Shown: positions 14,801-31,622 of the stretch, piece by piece
Layout: the number at the start of each line of letters is the position of its first letter
How positions within the stretch are numbered: position 1 is the stretch's first letter
Assembly: GCA_964016885.1 (NCBI GenBank)
Contig: OZ024747.1
Location: forward strand, 1,302,001 to 1,366,000
Direction of reading: 5' to 3'
From: Eledone cirrhosa
Lineage: Eukaryota
DNA length: 64,000 nt
Notes under the pieces: model-generated
Database searches by the model: none
Seen by the model: only the letters and a program-made list of their open reading frames with translations
What the model was told of the DNA's origin: nothing
Translations under genes and position numbers: made by a program

Positions 14801-14829
14801 TATACACACCATAACTATACAGTATATAT
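8823..14829. repeat. Satellite/minisatellite array, mostly 24-26 bp monomer CCATAACTATACAG(TA)nCA[CA/TA], roughly 240 copies
   Basis: Direct reading: nearly invariant 14-bp core plus a variable TA/CA spacer over ~6 kb. Confidence 0.97.
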
Positions 14830-15092
14830 TTACACTGAAATATTAGTGTACACTGAAGTATATCTGTGTGTTTGTGAATGACGGTTACAGTGAGAGTAGG
14901 AGTGAGATGCGGAGAGTAGGAGTGACTAGAGTGAAGTGGAGTGGGAGAGTAGGAGTGAGTAGAGAGAGGTGGAAGTGAGTGTGACGTGGGAGAACAGGAA
15001 TGTGTGGAGTGTGAGTGAAAGAGTGAAGGGTGTGGTCGTTTGAGCTTTTATTTTCATTTAAATAGTTAGGAGATCAGTAATAGTGCTGCATC

Positions 15093-15150
<58 letters not shown>

Positions 15151-15173
15151 TATCTATATATATATACACACAC

Positions 15174-15204
<31 letters not shown>

Positions 15205-15261
15205 TATACACACACATATATCTATATATATATACACACACACACACACATCTATATACAT

Positions 15262-15318
<57 letters not shown>

Positions 15319-15319
15319 A

Positions 15320-15924
15320 ATGGTGGCTGCCAACTCGTTTTCGAGTACGGCCACTACTTTATATCCATCTAGGAGAACCCCTACTGATGCGCTGAACGAG
15401 TGACTTTTTAGTCCAGCCAGTGACTTGAAAACTCTGGTACAAACACTACACTTGTGACAATTATTGACACATAGTGCTGGGCCCATGGTACCATGTGACA
15501 AGTGCAGAGAGATCTCCAGATATAAAGCAATGCCTGTGCCGTGAAGCTTTTATAGTGAGCAAAGGCACTGCACAAAGCCAGTCCCACTCTCTTAACCAAG
15601 ATGATATTTACCAAAAAGAAGAACAAGTCAACATCATTGGATACCATCAGAGTTGCAGGTGTTATATCAGAGTTTTCCTTCTCCTAGAATTCTGCCTTGA
15701 CAAAGGCTAAGGGGTCATCTCTCCTGGTGATTTTGGATGGCCATTGACTCTTAAGAGGTCCTTTGCTCTTTGACAGGTTTTGTTTTTAGTCCTGCAGAAT
15801 GTCCAAAGTCACCCTCCTCACCAAGAAACCTTGGTGGGGTTGCCAGTTTAGTCGCCAACGACCCGACAATGAGACAGTTTGTACTGGGATACATGTTACC
15901 AGTAGCACCAACTGGTGACCTGAC
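15320..15924 (-). mobile_element. ~600-bp non-autonomous bipartite RTE-like element, copy 1
   Basis: Highly similar over its whole length to 19943-20531 with matching ends. 3' part encodes a C2H2-like tail [17 protein letters not shown]; 5' part has RTE 5'-UTR-like motifs (gtcgttggcgactaaa; ctaggagaaggaaaactc). Confidence 0.7.
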
Positions 15925-15936
15925 ATACATACACAC

Positions 15937-16096
15937 ATGGTGGCTGCCAACTCGTTTTCGAGTACGGCCACTTCTTTATAACCATGTACGAGAACCCCTA
16001 CTGATTCGCTAAACAAGTGTGACTTTTTAGTCCAGCCAGCGACTTGAAAACTCTGGTACAAACACTACACTTGTGACAATTATTTACACAGTGCTG
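15937..16096 (-). mobile_element. 3'-terminal fragment of the same RTE-like family
   Basis: Similar to 15320-15480 ([35 protein letters not shown]). Confidence 0.75.
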
Positions 16097-16222
16097 ATAT
16101 ATATATATATATACACATATATATATACACACACATATATATATACACACACACATATATATATACACACACACACATATATATATACACACATATATAT
16201 ATATACACACATATATATATAT

Positions 16223-16263
<41 letters not shown>

Positions 16264-17429
16264 CATATATATATACACACATATATATATATACAGACAC
16301 ATATATATATACACACATATATATATTTACACACACATATATACACACACACATATATATACACACATATATATATATATACACACACATATATATATAT
16401 ACACACATATATATATATACACACATATATACATATATACACACATATATATATATATATACACACACACATATATATATATATATACACACACACACGT
16501 TTATATATATATACATATACACACACATTTATATATATACATATACACACACACATATATATATACATATACACACACATATATATATATACATATACAC
16601 ACACATATATATATATACATATACACACACATATATATATATACATATACACACACATATATATATATACATATACACACATATATATACATATATACAC
16701 ATATATACATATACACATATATACACACATATATATATACCCACACATATATATGCACACACATATATATGCACACATATATACACATATATATATACAC
16801 ACACATACACACACATATATATATATACACACACATATATATATACACACACACATATATATACACACACACACATATATATACACACACATACACATAT
16901 ATATACACACACATATATAGTAAGGTGTATTATTGGTTGTCAAACGGTCCAATATATTTTTGTTAGCAATATTAAGTTCTCCACGCTTTTGTATATCTCC
17001 GATTCCATTTTTATACACACATATATATATACGCACACATATATATACACTCACATATACACACATACACACACATATATACATGCAAAAACGTACTCAC
17101 AAATATAAATATGTACAAACGTATATACATAATCTCTATATGCACACACATATACATACAATCATATATATATATACACACATACATATATATATATATA
17201 TATACACATATATATATATATATACACACACATATACACATATGTATATATATACACACACACATACACATATGTATATATATACACACACACATACACA
17301 TATATATATACACACACACATATACACATATATATATATATATACACACACACATATACACATATATATATATATATACACACACATACACATATATATA
17401 TATATATATACACACATATATATACACAC

Positions 17430-17460
<31 letters not shown>

Positions 17461-17525
17461 TATATATACACACATATATATATATACACACATATATATA
17501 TATACACATATATATATATATATAC

Positions 17526-17558
<33 letters not shown>

Positions 17559-17595
17559 CACATATATATATATACACATATATATATACATATAC

Positions 17596-17628
<33 letters not shown>

Positions 17629-17669
17629 CACATATATATATATATATACACATATATATATATAAACAC

Positions 17670-17790
<121 letters not shown>

Positions 17791-17793
17791 CAC

Positions 17794-17894
<101 letters not shown>

Positions 17895-18345
17895 TATATA
17901 TATATATACACATATACATATATATATATATACACATATACATATATATATATATATACACATATACATATATACACATATATATATATACATATATACA
18001 CATATATATATATACACATATATATATATATACACATATATATATATATATATACACACATATATATATACACACACATATATATATATACACACATATA
18101 TATATATACACACATATATATATATACACACATATATATATATACACACATATATATATACACACATATATATATATACACATATATATACATATATACA
18201 CATATATATATACATATATATATATATATGTACACATATATACACATATATATATACACATATATATATACACATATATATACACACATATTTATACACA
18301 TATATATACACATATATATATATACACATATATGTATATATATAT

Positions 18346-18384
<39 letters not shown>

Positions 18385-18397
18385 TGTATATATATAT

Positions 18398-18454
<57 letters not shown>

Positions 18455-18463
18455 TGTATATAT

Positions 18464-18506
<43 letters not shown>

Positions 18507-18509
<3 letters not shown>

Positions 18510-18952
18510 CATCATCATCATTTAACGTCCGTGTTCCACGCTTGCATGGGTTTGGACGGGGGTTTTCCCACTTGAAGCAAGAGTGATTGTCTTGCTCGCA
18601 TAAGACTGTCTGGCGGGTTTTCTACAGCTGGATGCCCTTCCTAACACCAACCACATTTACAGTGTGGGGCTGGAGGTTTTTACCGTGTTGCCTACACGGC
18701 CACATTACAGCGTGGACTGTGTGTTTTTTGTCGTGACACCTACACAATCTCATTTGTTTCGGCCTGGAGTTTGTGGCACCAACATAACTTTACATTGAAA
18801 GGGTCGGTGTGGATGGGGTGGGGGTGGTGGGACGGGGGTGTATTTTGTTAGAGATGCCTACTGACTGTAGTAGGTTTTACTTTGTATTTAGGTAAGGCGG
18901 GTCTTCTCTATTACTGAGTACCGCCAAAGGTCTCGGTCCAGTGACATTGTCA
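18507..18952 (-). mobile_element. Short 3' copy of the young RTE LINE
   Basis: Matches 6797-7225 including the (CAT)n tail and [12 protein letters not shown]. Confidence 0.9.
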
Positions 18953-19021
18953 TATATATATACATACACATATACACACATATACACATATATATATACA
19001 CACATATATATATATACACAC

Positions 19022-19110
<89 letters not shown>

Positions 19111-19850
19111 TATATATATATATACACATATATATATATATATACACATATATATATATACACATATATATACACATATATATACACATATATATATATA
19201 TACACATATATATATATATACACATATATATATATATATACACATATATATATATACACATATATATACACATATATATATATATACACATATATATATA
19301 TATACACATATATATATATATACACATATATATATATACACATATATATATATATACACAGATATATATACACATATATATATATATATACACAGATATA
19401 TATACACAGATATATATACACATATATATATATATATACACACATATATATACACATATATATATATACACATATATATATACACATATATATATATACA
19501 CACATATATATATACACACATATATATACACATATATATATATACACATATATATATACACATACACACATATATATACACATATATATATATACACATA
19601 TATATATATATATATACACATATATATATATATACACATATATATATATACACATATATATATATATACACAATATATATATATACACAATATATATATA
19701 TATATATATACACAATATATATATATATACACATATATATATATATACACACATATATACACATATATATATATATACACACATATATATATACACACAC
19801 ATATATATATACACACACATATACACATATATATATACACACATATACAC

Positions 19851-19883
<33 letters not shown>

Positions 19884-19942
19884 TATACACATATATATAT
19901 ATATACACACACATATATACACACACACATATATATATACAC

Positions 19943-20636
<694 letters not shown>

Positions 20637-21206
20637 TATATATATACACACATATATATATATATATATACACACATATATATATATATATATACACACA
20701 TATATATATATACACACATATATATACACATATATACACATATATATATATATATATACACATGTATATATACATATATATATATATATACACACGTATA
20801 TATACACATATATATATACACATATATATATATACACATATATATACACATATATACACATATATATATATACACATATATATACACATATATATATATA
20901 TATACACATATATATATACACACACATATATACACATATATATATACACATATATATATATATACATACACATATATATATATATATACATACATATATA
21001 TAGTATATATATATACATACATATATATATATATACATACACATATATATATATATATATACATACACATATATATATATATACATACACATATATATAT
21101 ATATATATATACATACACATATATATATATATACATACACATATATATATATATACATACACATATATATATATATACATACACATATATATATATATAC
21201 ATACAC

Positions 21207-21255
<49 letters not shown>

Positions 21256-21284
21256 CATACACATATATATATATATACATACAC

Positions 21285-21315
<31 letters not shown>

Positions 21316-21455
21316 CATACACATATATATATATATATATAACATACACATATATATATATACATACACATATATATATATACATACACATATATATATA
21401 TACATACACATATATATATATACATACACATATATATATATATATATATATACAT

Positions 21456-21500
<45 letters not shown>

Positions 21501-21584
21501 CACATATATATATACATATATATATACATACACATATATATATACATATATATATACATACACATATATATATATATATACATA

Positions 21585-21615
<31 letters not shown>

Positions 21616-21739
21616 ACACATATATATATATATACATACACATATATATATATATATACATACACATATATATATATATACATACACATATATATATATA
21701 CATACACATATATATATATACATACACACATATATATAT

Positions 21740-22349
21740 AACTTTGAAATGTTTTGGCCAGTATTGGCCCAGGCCATGTCTAACTTAATAGCACCACCTG
21801 GCGAAGTCTTTCAATTCAGGATTTGGGCACCATGGCCCATTCGAGAAGAGAATTACTGTTTGCGGAGACATATCCGGGTGTGGGTGGTTTGTCCGGAATT
21901 ACTTGGAGGAATTTGTCCAAAGACTTCTTGAATTTTGTGTGGTCAGTTTCTGTTTTGACGTGTCCTGGTGTGATGTTGAAGAGAGCAGGGCCGATTGAGG
22001 TGAAATAATTGTGCCGTATTGTTGTTATGAGTTGCGATTTAGATTTTTGAATGGGACGGATAGCACGGGGCCCAAGCCTTGGGTGTATCTTGAAGGCGAT
22101 GCCAACATCATTTGGGCAGTGATGATGGAACATTTTCCACATCATGCAGATAATATAACGCTCACGGCGACGTTGGAGTGAGTAAAGTTTCAGGTTTTCT
22201 AATCGACCCCAGTAGTCAAGGTCTGACATGCCATCTATCTTTTTCGTGATTGCCCTTTGAGGAGCTTCAAGTTTCATGATACTTTGTTTCGTGTGGGGAG
22301 ACCACAGTGGACAACAGTATTCAAGGTGTGGTCGGGCGAAAGTAGAGAA
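21740..22349 (-). mobile_element. CR1-clade LINE 3' fragment
   Basis: Open frame [51 protein letters not shown], typical of the CR1 ORF2 C-terminus; stop at 21816; short 3' UTR. A similar 3' end occurs at ~37015-37060 (+). Confidence 0.88.
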
Positions 22350-22771
22350 ATATATATATACATACACACATATATATATATATATATATACATACACATA
22401 TATATATACAGACACAGACACATATAGATATATATATATACAGACACATATATATATATATACAGACACATATATATATATATACACACATATATATATA
22501 TATATATGTACACACACATATATATATATGTACACACACATATATATATATATATATACACACATATATATATATATATACACACATATATATATATATA
22601 TATACACATATATATATACATACACATATATATATATATACATACACATATATATATATATACATACACAATATATATATACATACACATATATATATAC
22701 ATACACAATATATATATATACACATATATATATATACACATATATATATATATATACACATATATATATAT

Positions 22772-22810
<39 letters not shown>

Positions 22811-23039
22811 TATATATACACACATATATATATATATATACACACACGTATATATACATATATATATATATATATATACACATATATATATATATATACA
22901 CACATATATATATATATATACACATATATATATATATATACACATATATATATATATATACACATATATATATATATACACATATATATATATATACACA
23001 TATATATATATATATACACATATATATATATATATACAC

Positions 23040-23070
<31 letters not shown>

Positions 23071-23259
23071 TATATATATATACACATATATATATATATA
23101 TATATACACATATATATATATATATACACATATATATATATATATACACATATATATATATATATATATACACATATATATATATATATATACACATATA
23201 TACATATATATATACACATATATATATATACATATATATATATACATATATATATATAC

Positions 23260-23342
<83 letters not shown>

Positions 23343-23343
23343 C

Positions 23344-23390
<47 letters not shown>

Positions 23391-23433
23391 CATATATATA
23401 TACACATATATATATATATACATATATATATAC

Positions 23434-23480
<47 letters not shown>

Positions 23481-23569
23481 CATATATATATATACATATA
23501 TACATATATATATATACATATATATATATACATATATACATATATATATATACATATACATATATATAT

Positions 23570-23791
<222 letters not shown>

Positions 23792-23795
23792 TACA

Positions 23796-24055
<260 letters not shown>

Positions 24056-24061
24056 TATACA

Positions 24062-24099
<38 letters not shown>

Positions 24100-24226
24100 C
24101 ATATATACATATATATATACATATATATATATATATACATATATACATATATATATACATATATATATATATATACATATATACATATATATATACATAT
24201 ATATATATATATACATATATATATAC

Positions 24227-24263
<37 letters not shown>

Positions 24264-24274
24264 CATATATATAC

Positions 24275-24309
<35 letters not shown>

Positions 24310-24350
24310 CATATATATACATATATATATATATATATACATATATATAC

Positions 24351-24381
<31 letters not shown>

Positions 24382-24412
24382 CATATATATATATACATAT
24401 ATATATATACAC

Positions 24413-24475
<63 letters not shown>

Positions 24476-24486
24476 CATATATATAC

Positions 24487-24521
<35 letters not shown>

Positions 24522-24522
24522 C

Positions 24523-24553
<31 letters not shown>

Positions 24554-24564
24554 CATATATATAC

Positions 24565-24645
<81 letters not shown>

Positions 24646-24656
24646 CATATATATAC

Positions 24657-24715
<59 letters not shown>

Positions 24716-24812
24716 CACATATATATATACATACACATATATATATATACACATATATATATATACACATATATATACACATATATATATATATACACAT
24801 ATATATATACAC

Positions 24813-24844
<32 letters not shown>

Positions 24845-24904
24845 ATACACATATATATATATATACACATATATATATACACATATATATATATATATAC
24901 ATAC

Positions 24905-24945
<41 letters not shown>

Positions 24946-27139
24946 CATATATATACACACACATATATATATATATATACATATATATATACACATATAT
25001 ATATATATACACATATATATACACACATATATATATATATATACACATATATATATACACATATATATATACATATATATATATACATATATATATATAC
25101 ATATATATACATATATATATATACATATATATATATACATATATATACATATATATATATACATATATATATATACATATATATACATATATATATATAC
25201 ATATATATATTTATACATATATATATATACATATATATATACATATATATATATACATATATATATATACATATATATATATACATATATATATATACAT
25301 ATATATATACATATATATATATACATATATACATATACATATATACATATATACATATACATATATATATATACATATATACATACATATATACATACAT
25401 ATATACATACATATATACACACATATATATACACACATATATATACACACATATATATACACACACATATATATATACACATATATATATATACACATAT
25501 ATATATATACACATATATATATATACACATATATATATATACACATATATATATATACACATATATATATATACACATATATATATATACACATATATAT
25601 ATACACATATATATATACACACACATATATATATACACACATATATATATATACACATATATATACACATATATATATATACACATATATATATATACAC
25701 ATATATATATATACACATATATATATACACATATATATATACACACATATATATATACACATATATATATACACACATATATATATACACACATATATAT
25801 ATACACACATATATATATACACACATATATATATACACACATATATATATACACATATATATATATACACATATATATATACACATATATACACATATAT
25901 ATATATACACATATATATATATACACATATATATATATACACATATATATATATACACATATATATATATACACATATATATATATACACATATATATAT
26001 ACACATATATATATATACACATATATATATACACATATATATATATATACACACATAATTACACATATATATACACACATATATATATATACACACATAT
26101 ATATATATATACACATATATATATATATACACATATATATATATATATACACACATATATATATATACACACATATATATATATATACACATATATATAT
26201 ATATACACATATATATATATACACATATATATATATATACACATATATATATATATACACATATATATATATATACACATATATATATATATACACATAT
26301 ATATATATATACACATATATATATATATACACATATATATATATATACACATATATATATATATACACATATATATATATATACACATATATATATATAT
26401 ACACATATATATATATACATATATATACACACATATATATATATACATATATATACACATATATATATATACATATATATACACATATATATATATACAC
26501 ACATATATATATACACACATATATATACACATCCACATATATATATATATACACACATACACATATATATATACACATACATATATATATATACACATAT
26601 ATATATATACACATACATATATATATATACACATATATATATATACACATACATATATATATATATACACATACATATATATATATATACACATACATAT
26701 ATATATATATATATACACATACATATATATATATATACACATACATATATATATACACATACATATATATATACACATACATATATATACACATACATAT
26801 ATATATATACACATACATATATATATATACACATACATATATATATATACACATACATATATATATATACACATACATATATATATACACATACATATAT
26901 ATATATACACATACATATATATATATACACATATATACATATATATACACATATATATATGTATGTGTATATATAAATATATGTATATATATCTATAATA
27001 TTATATATTTAGTAGAGCATTCGATATCCAATGCACAATCGATCCCATATCATCAGAGATATATAATATTATAGATGTAGCGAGATCTAGGCAAATTGAT
27101 GTCTATTGAAACGTACGTAAGTACCGAATTATATGTATG

Positions 27140-27173
<34 letters not shown>

Positions 27174-27177
27174 GACA

Positions 27178-28150
27178 TGTTATACTTTGGGAGAATCATA
27201 TTGCCAATAAGAAACACATGCACCAAAGTTCTTTCGTCACACATTCTGTGACCTCTTCAGTGACTGGGGATTCTTTTCTTTGTTTTGTGCCACTCCTTTG
27301 TTCTGTCCTACGCCACCTTGTTTTTGTGTGTGTTCTGTGCTCAGTTTGCGCATGTGTTACATCCGGGTGTCTGTGTGTGTTTTTATTTGTTTATTTATTT
27401 GTTTATTTACATGTTACTGGTTGGTTGTTTGTTCTATGTATGTGTGTGTTTTCATTTTGTCCTTAATTGTAAGTTGTGATGTTGCTATTCCATTCATGTT
27501 TTCTATCTAATTTTGGTTGGAGTTCATTTATGTTTATTGCCTCTGTGATTTGTCTAAACATTGCGTCTTTTCTGTGTGTAGATTCTATTTTTATTTCTAT
27601 GTTCTCTAATTTGCCCTTATGTTCTATTTTAGCATGTTGGTGGAGTATTGATGATTCTTTTTTATCTTGAAGCTCTCGCCAGTGTTCATTTATCCGTTCC
27701 CCTATACTACGAGCTGTCTCACCTATGTACACTATATTCTTATCTTTACATTGTCCTTCAGTACATCTTATGCTATATACTACATTTCTAGTTTTACAGT
27801 TAATATGGGGGCTTAGTTTACAGATTATGCATTTCTTATCTATACAGGGAGGTCTTCGAAAAGAGTATGTATTACTAATAAGTGTTTTTATGGAGGTACC
27901 TGGTTTTTCTACTATCTTAATATTGAGTTTATCTAGGGCCCTTCTTAATTTGTAGCTAATTCACCTCTAGGGGTTGATGAACATTGATGAACATTACACT
28001 TTGGTATTTATTGCTATCATACCATGAGTTTATTCTATTAACCTTATTCCTAGTTCTTTCTATTCTATTCCAAAATTTGCTCCTATACAAGGGGCAGGTC
28101 CCATTTGTATCATTATTTACCATTTTTTCCCATTTGGTTCTGGCTCCTCT
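27178..28150 (-). mobile_element. Penelope-like element 3' part (GIY-YIG endonuclease)
   Basis: CIICKLSPHINCKTRNVVYSIRC..YIGETARSIGERINEH..RQITEAINI..LDRKHEW motif set; frameshifted upstream; hammerhead-like motif at the 3' end. Confidence 0.85.
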
Positions 28151-28199
28151 ATATATATATATATATACATATATACATACATATAAATATACACATACA

Positions 28200-31180
28200 T
28201 AGTTATCTACTTTGCAAGCCTGGATTAAACAGGTTGTCATGCTTTGTGGTTAGTCAGGTCAGACAACTGTCTCACACATTCCCTCTTGGCATGGTTTCTA
28301 TGGTTCGATGCCCTTCCTCATGTCAGTGTGTACACAGTTTGCTTTCTGACAGAACTACCACTTCTACTTGATAAGGTGGAATTGGTGTTTGTTCTCCACA
28401 CCATCAACACTATTACTTTACAGTGTGGGATGTGTGCATCCAAGCAACAGCACTGTCACTATTGGGTGAACCAGGTGCCTTTTATCGTGTATCGTGACAC
28501 CAACACCTTCACCTACCAGTGTGAGCTGTGACACCAGCACCTTCACCTACCTGTGTGAGCTCTCAACACATTTCATTGTGGTACCAATATTCAAATATTT
28601 CAACACTAGCATGCTTTACATCCTAGGCAGGACTGTGGAGACAGGCTTCAGGAGTAGTTGAGGTGATGGGGGCAACCAAAGTGGGGTTTAGACAGCATGA
28701 GGGAAGGATGGCTTTAGGGTATGTTTGTGGCATTTGACAATATTGTGAGGGGGCAGGGTTAACAATGAGTATAGCGAAGAATTTAGCATGCAAGAAGGGG
28801 TCTATGAAGGCACAGCCCTTAGTCCTCCTTCATGCCCAACTTTTTTATACAGGTCTCATCCTTCTTATGTATCATGACCATACCAAGTCTTCTCTCTTGT
28901 ACACTGCATTCTATCCACTTTATGTCCTGTTATTCTCTCAGCCCATTAATGCTTTATCACTCTGCATCCTATAGTTACACATCAATCAAAGCACATCGCA
29001 AATTCTTTGCATTCAGTGCTCAAATCTTGCTTCCATGCAGCATCACAGTTCTCACACAACCATCGTACAACCTGCCTTTCTCTGTTGTAGCCAGCAGAGG
29101 TTGTACCTTCCTTGTTTCCCATCTATTTTTACACTAGCTACTGTACACAACTTCCACAATCACCTCCACTGCTTATTTTGTCATCCAGGTACCAGAAGCT
29201 ATCAACTATTTCTAGGAAGTCATCTGAGCATTTGATAGGGCCTGCTTTATATGCACTCTTACTGCTTACTACTCATGTGCATCTGCCACATTAGAAGTCT
29301 ACATCCTCTAATAGACTGAGATCCTGCCAAATCTCTTCCATCCATCCATCTGCGATGCTGGGAAGATCACAAGTCAGGGGTGTACTCAATGCATGGGAAG
29401 AATGAAAGTGGGTATAAAGGAAGGTAAAAACCCAACTGCAATGCCTACCAGTTTCAGCTTGTATATGGCGAGCCTTTTCAAGAGGGTATACACTTGTCCA
29501 ATACAAGGTGAAATCGCTAGACATTGCGGTTGGGTTTTTACCTTCTCCATTTCTGCCATGGATTCAGCTATAAAAACTAGATCATCTGCATTGGTTGCTC
29601 ACATGAGCAGCCTGCCTTAAACTCTTCTGTAATAACCTGGGGGATTATAATAAATACGAGACAGAGAACTGAGCCTTCGTCAGTCCCCAGTTGTATGCTA
29701 TATTCATCATTGTACTCATTAACTAAATTTGCTGAATGCATCTTTGTACAATGCCTAAAGCCCACATGAGCCAGTCTTCTAGTTTTCAAAGAGCCCACCA
29801 AATTACCATGTGGGGTACCAATTTGAAAGTTTTCTCCAAGTCAAGGAATGCTAGGTAGAGCAGCTTGCTCTTAGCTAAGTACTTCTGCAGCTATCTCACA
29901 AGGAAGAGATCATCAGTAGTACCTTTCCTAGGAATAAATCTGAACTTCATCTCATCCATGTTAATTATATTTCTCATCAGTTATGCTGTAATTCAGTGAA
30001 TTCATAACCTGGTCCTCAATGTCTCCATAGTTTTCTCTGCCCAGTGCATCTCCTCTACACCTTGTAGCAATTGACAATGATGCTGTTTCACTAGTCATTA
30101 GGTATGACTCCATGCTGTAATAACTGTTTACTAGCTGTATGACAAATGTGATGGCCTACCATCCCTGATGCTTTCAGCATCACAGCAACTATGAGTCCAG
30201 CTGCCTTGCCTGTCTTACCTATCATACTGCTACTCACCTGGATGGCCAGTGATCAGTTGGATTTATTTGGGGTAACCACTCCTCTAACCATGCATTTTCT
30301 TCATTCAACAGTCTCTCATAATGGCAATTCCAAGCTTCTTTCTTTTCAGCATCAGTGAAGATAAGTTCCCCACTGTTATTCTAGATACACCTCTGTGACA
30401 ATATCTTCCCAAGAATGCTGCCTTGCAGTCTGGAACACTTTGTGCCTTTTGTCCACATTGCTTAACATATTTGCAAACTTCTTACTTTCTGCTTCACCTC
30501 GGGCAAGGTGTACCTGGTGCCTAGCTCCTCTCCATGCTTCTTGGTATAGCTCCTTCCTTCCCCATTTTTCTAGTCCTTCCATGCCTATTTTTTAACCTTA
30601 ATTGCTTCATCTACCCTACTACTTTACCATTATGTTACCCTTCGTTTTCCTGTGGCCTTTGCACCAGTCATAGACCTTCCCCGTTGCCTTAAGTAATTTG
30701 TCCCCAAGGACCCCCACTTTTCCTGTATGTTGTAGGTTTTTATCTCCTCCTCCCTGCTGTGAAAGGTATCAAGCAGGTTTTCCTTAAATTTGTCTCTCAC
30801 TGATGAGTCGTCTTTCTCCTCCAGATTGCCCTTTGTCTGGTTCTAATTTTAAGGTTGCTAACTCCTAGGTTATGTTGGGTGGTACACTCTTCTCCAGGAA
30901 CCATCTTTATATTTACGATAACCATGATCATCATCATTTAACGTCCATTTTTCCATGCTAACATGGGTTAGAAGAGTTGTCCCATTTGAGACAGGTCAGG
31001 TGACTGTCTTGCTCATACAGAACTGTTTCCGTCTTGGTTTCTACGGTCCGATGCCCTTCCTAATGCCAACCACTTTACAGAGTGGGCTGGATGCCTTTTA
31101 TTGTGAAACCTACATGACTACATTGCAGTGTGGACTGGGTGTTTTTTAGTGTGGCACTGTAACAACCACTTTACAGCACA
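28200..31180 (-). mobile_element. Old degenerate RTE LINE plus an additional RTE 3' end (30925-31180)
   Basis: Decayed RT motifs (AFLDLEKTF, GSVLCLVFIIIPQVITEEFKAGC, ADDLV) homologous to 7151-8787; (CAT)n-ttaacgtcc terminus at ~30930. Confidence 0.8.
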
Positions 31181-31189
31181 AGAAAATCT

Positions 31190-31620
31190 CGAGGAGGAGA
31201 CTTTGGAAACTAAGGGAGCTCCCTGTTAAATATAAGTTTAGAAAAGTCATATGTGACGCCTATGACAAGAGGGAGGAAATGTAGGATACATGTGACAGAG
31301 AAAACAACTAGAAGTTTCTGTAAGACCACCTACTACAGGCTACTAACAAATGGTTAGAACAAAGCCCCAGACAGACGGGAACCTGGTGATGAAACAACAC
31401 TGTAAAGCTGTTAAAGCCAAATGATAGAAGTTGAAAGAGTGGAAAAATGGGGGCAGCAAAGAGAAGCCAGATAAGTATATTTAGCATACAGAGAAGCTGA
31501 AACAGGCAATTTACTAAGGTCTTGTAATGTGAGGATCAGAGACGTGAAGCATTCAACATCAAAAAGCAGTGTCAGAGAAAACCAGAATGTTGGTAGAGAA
31601 AAACTGTGCCCCAAATGACA
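31190..31620 (+). mobile_element. Fragment of old RTE LINE in opposite orientation
   Basis: Reverse-complement similarity to 30380-30820 (the region upstream of RT). Confidence 0.5.
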
Positions 31621-31622
31621 TT

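Noticed and set aside
8823-14829. CRISPR-like array (constant repeat plus variable part)
   Set aside because: The variable part is only TA/CA length variation, not unique spacers; eukaryotic context and no cas genes.
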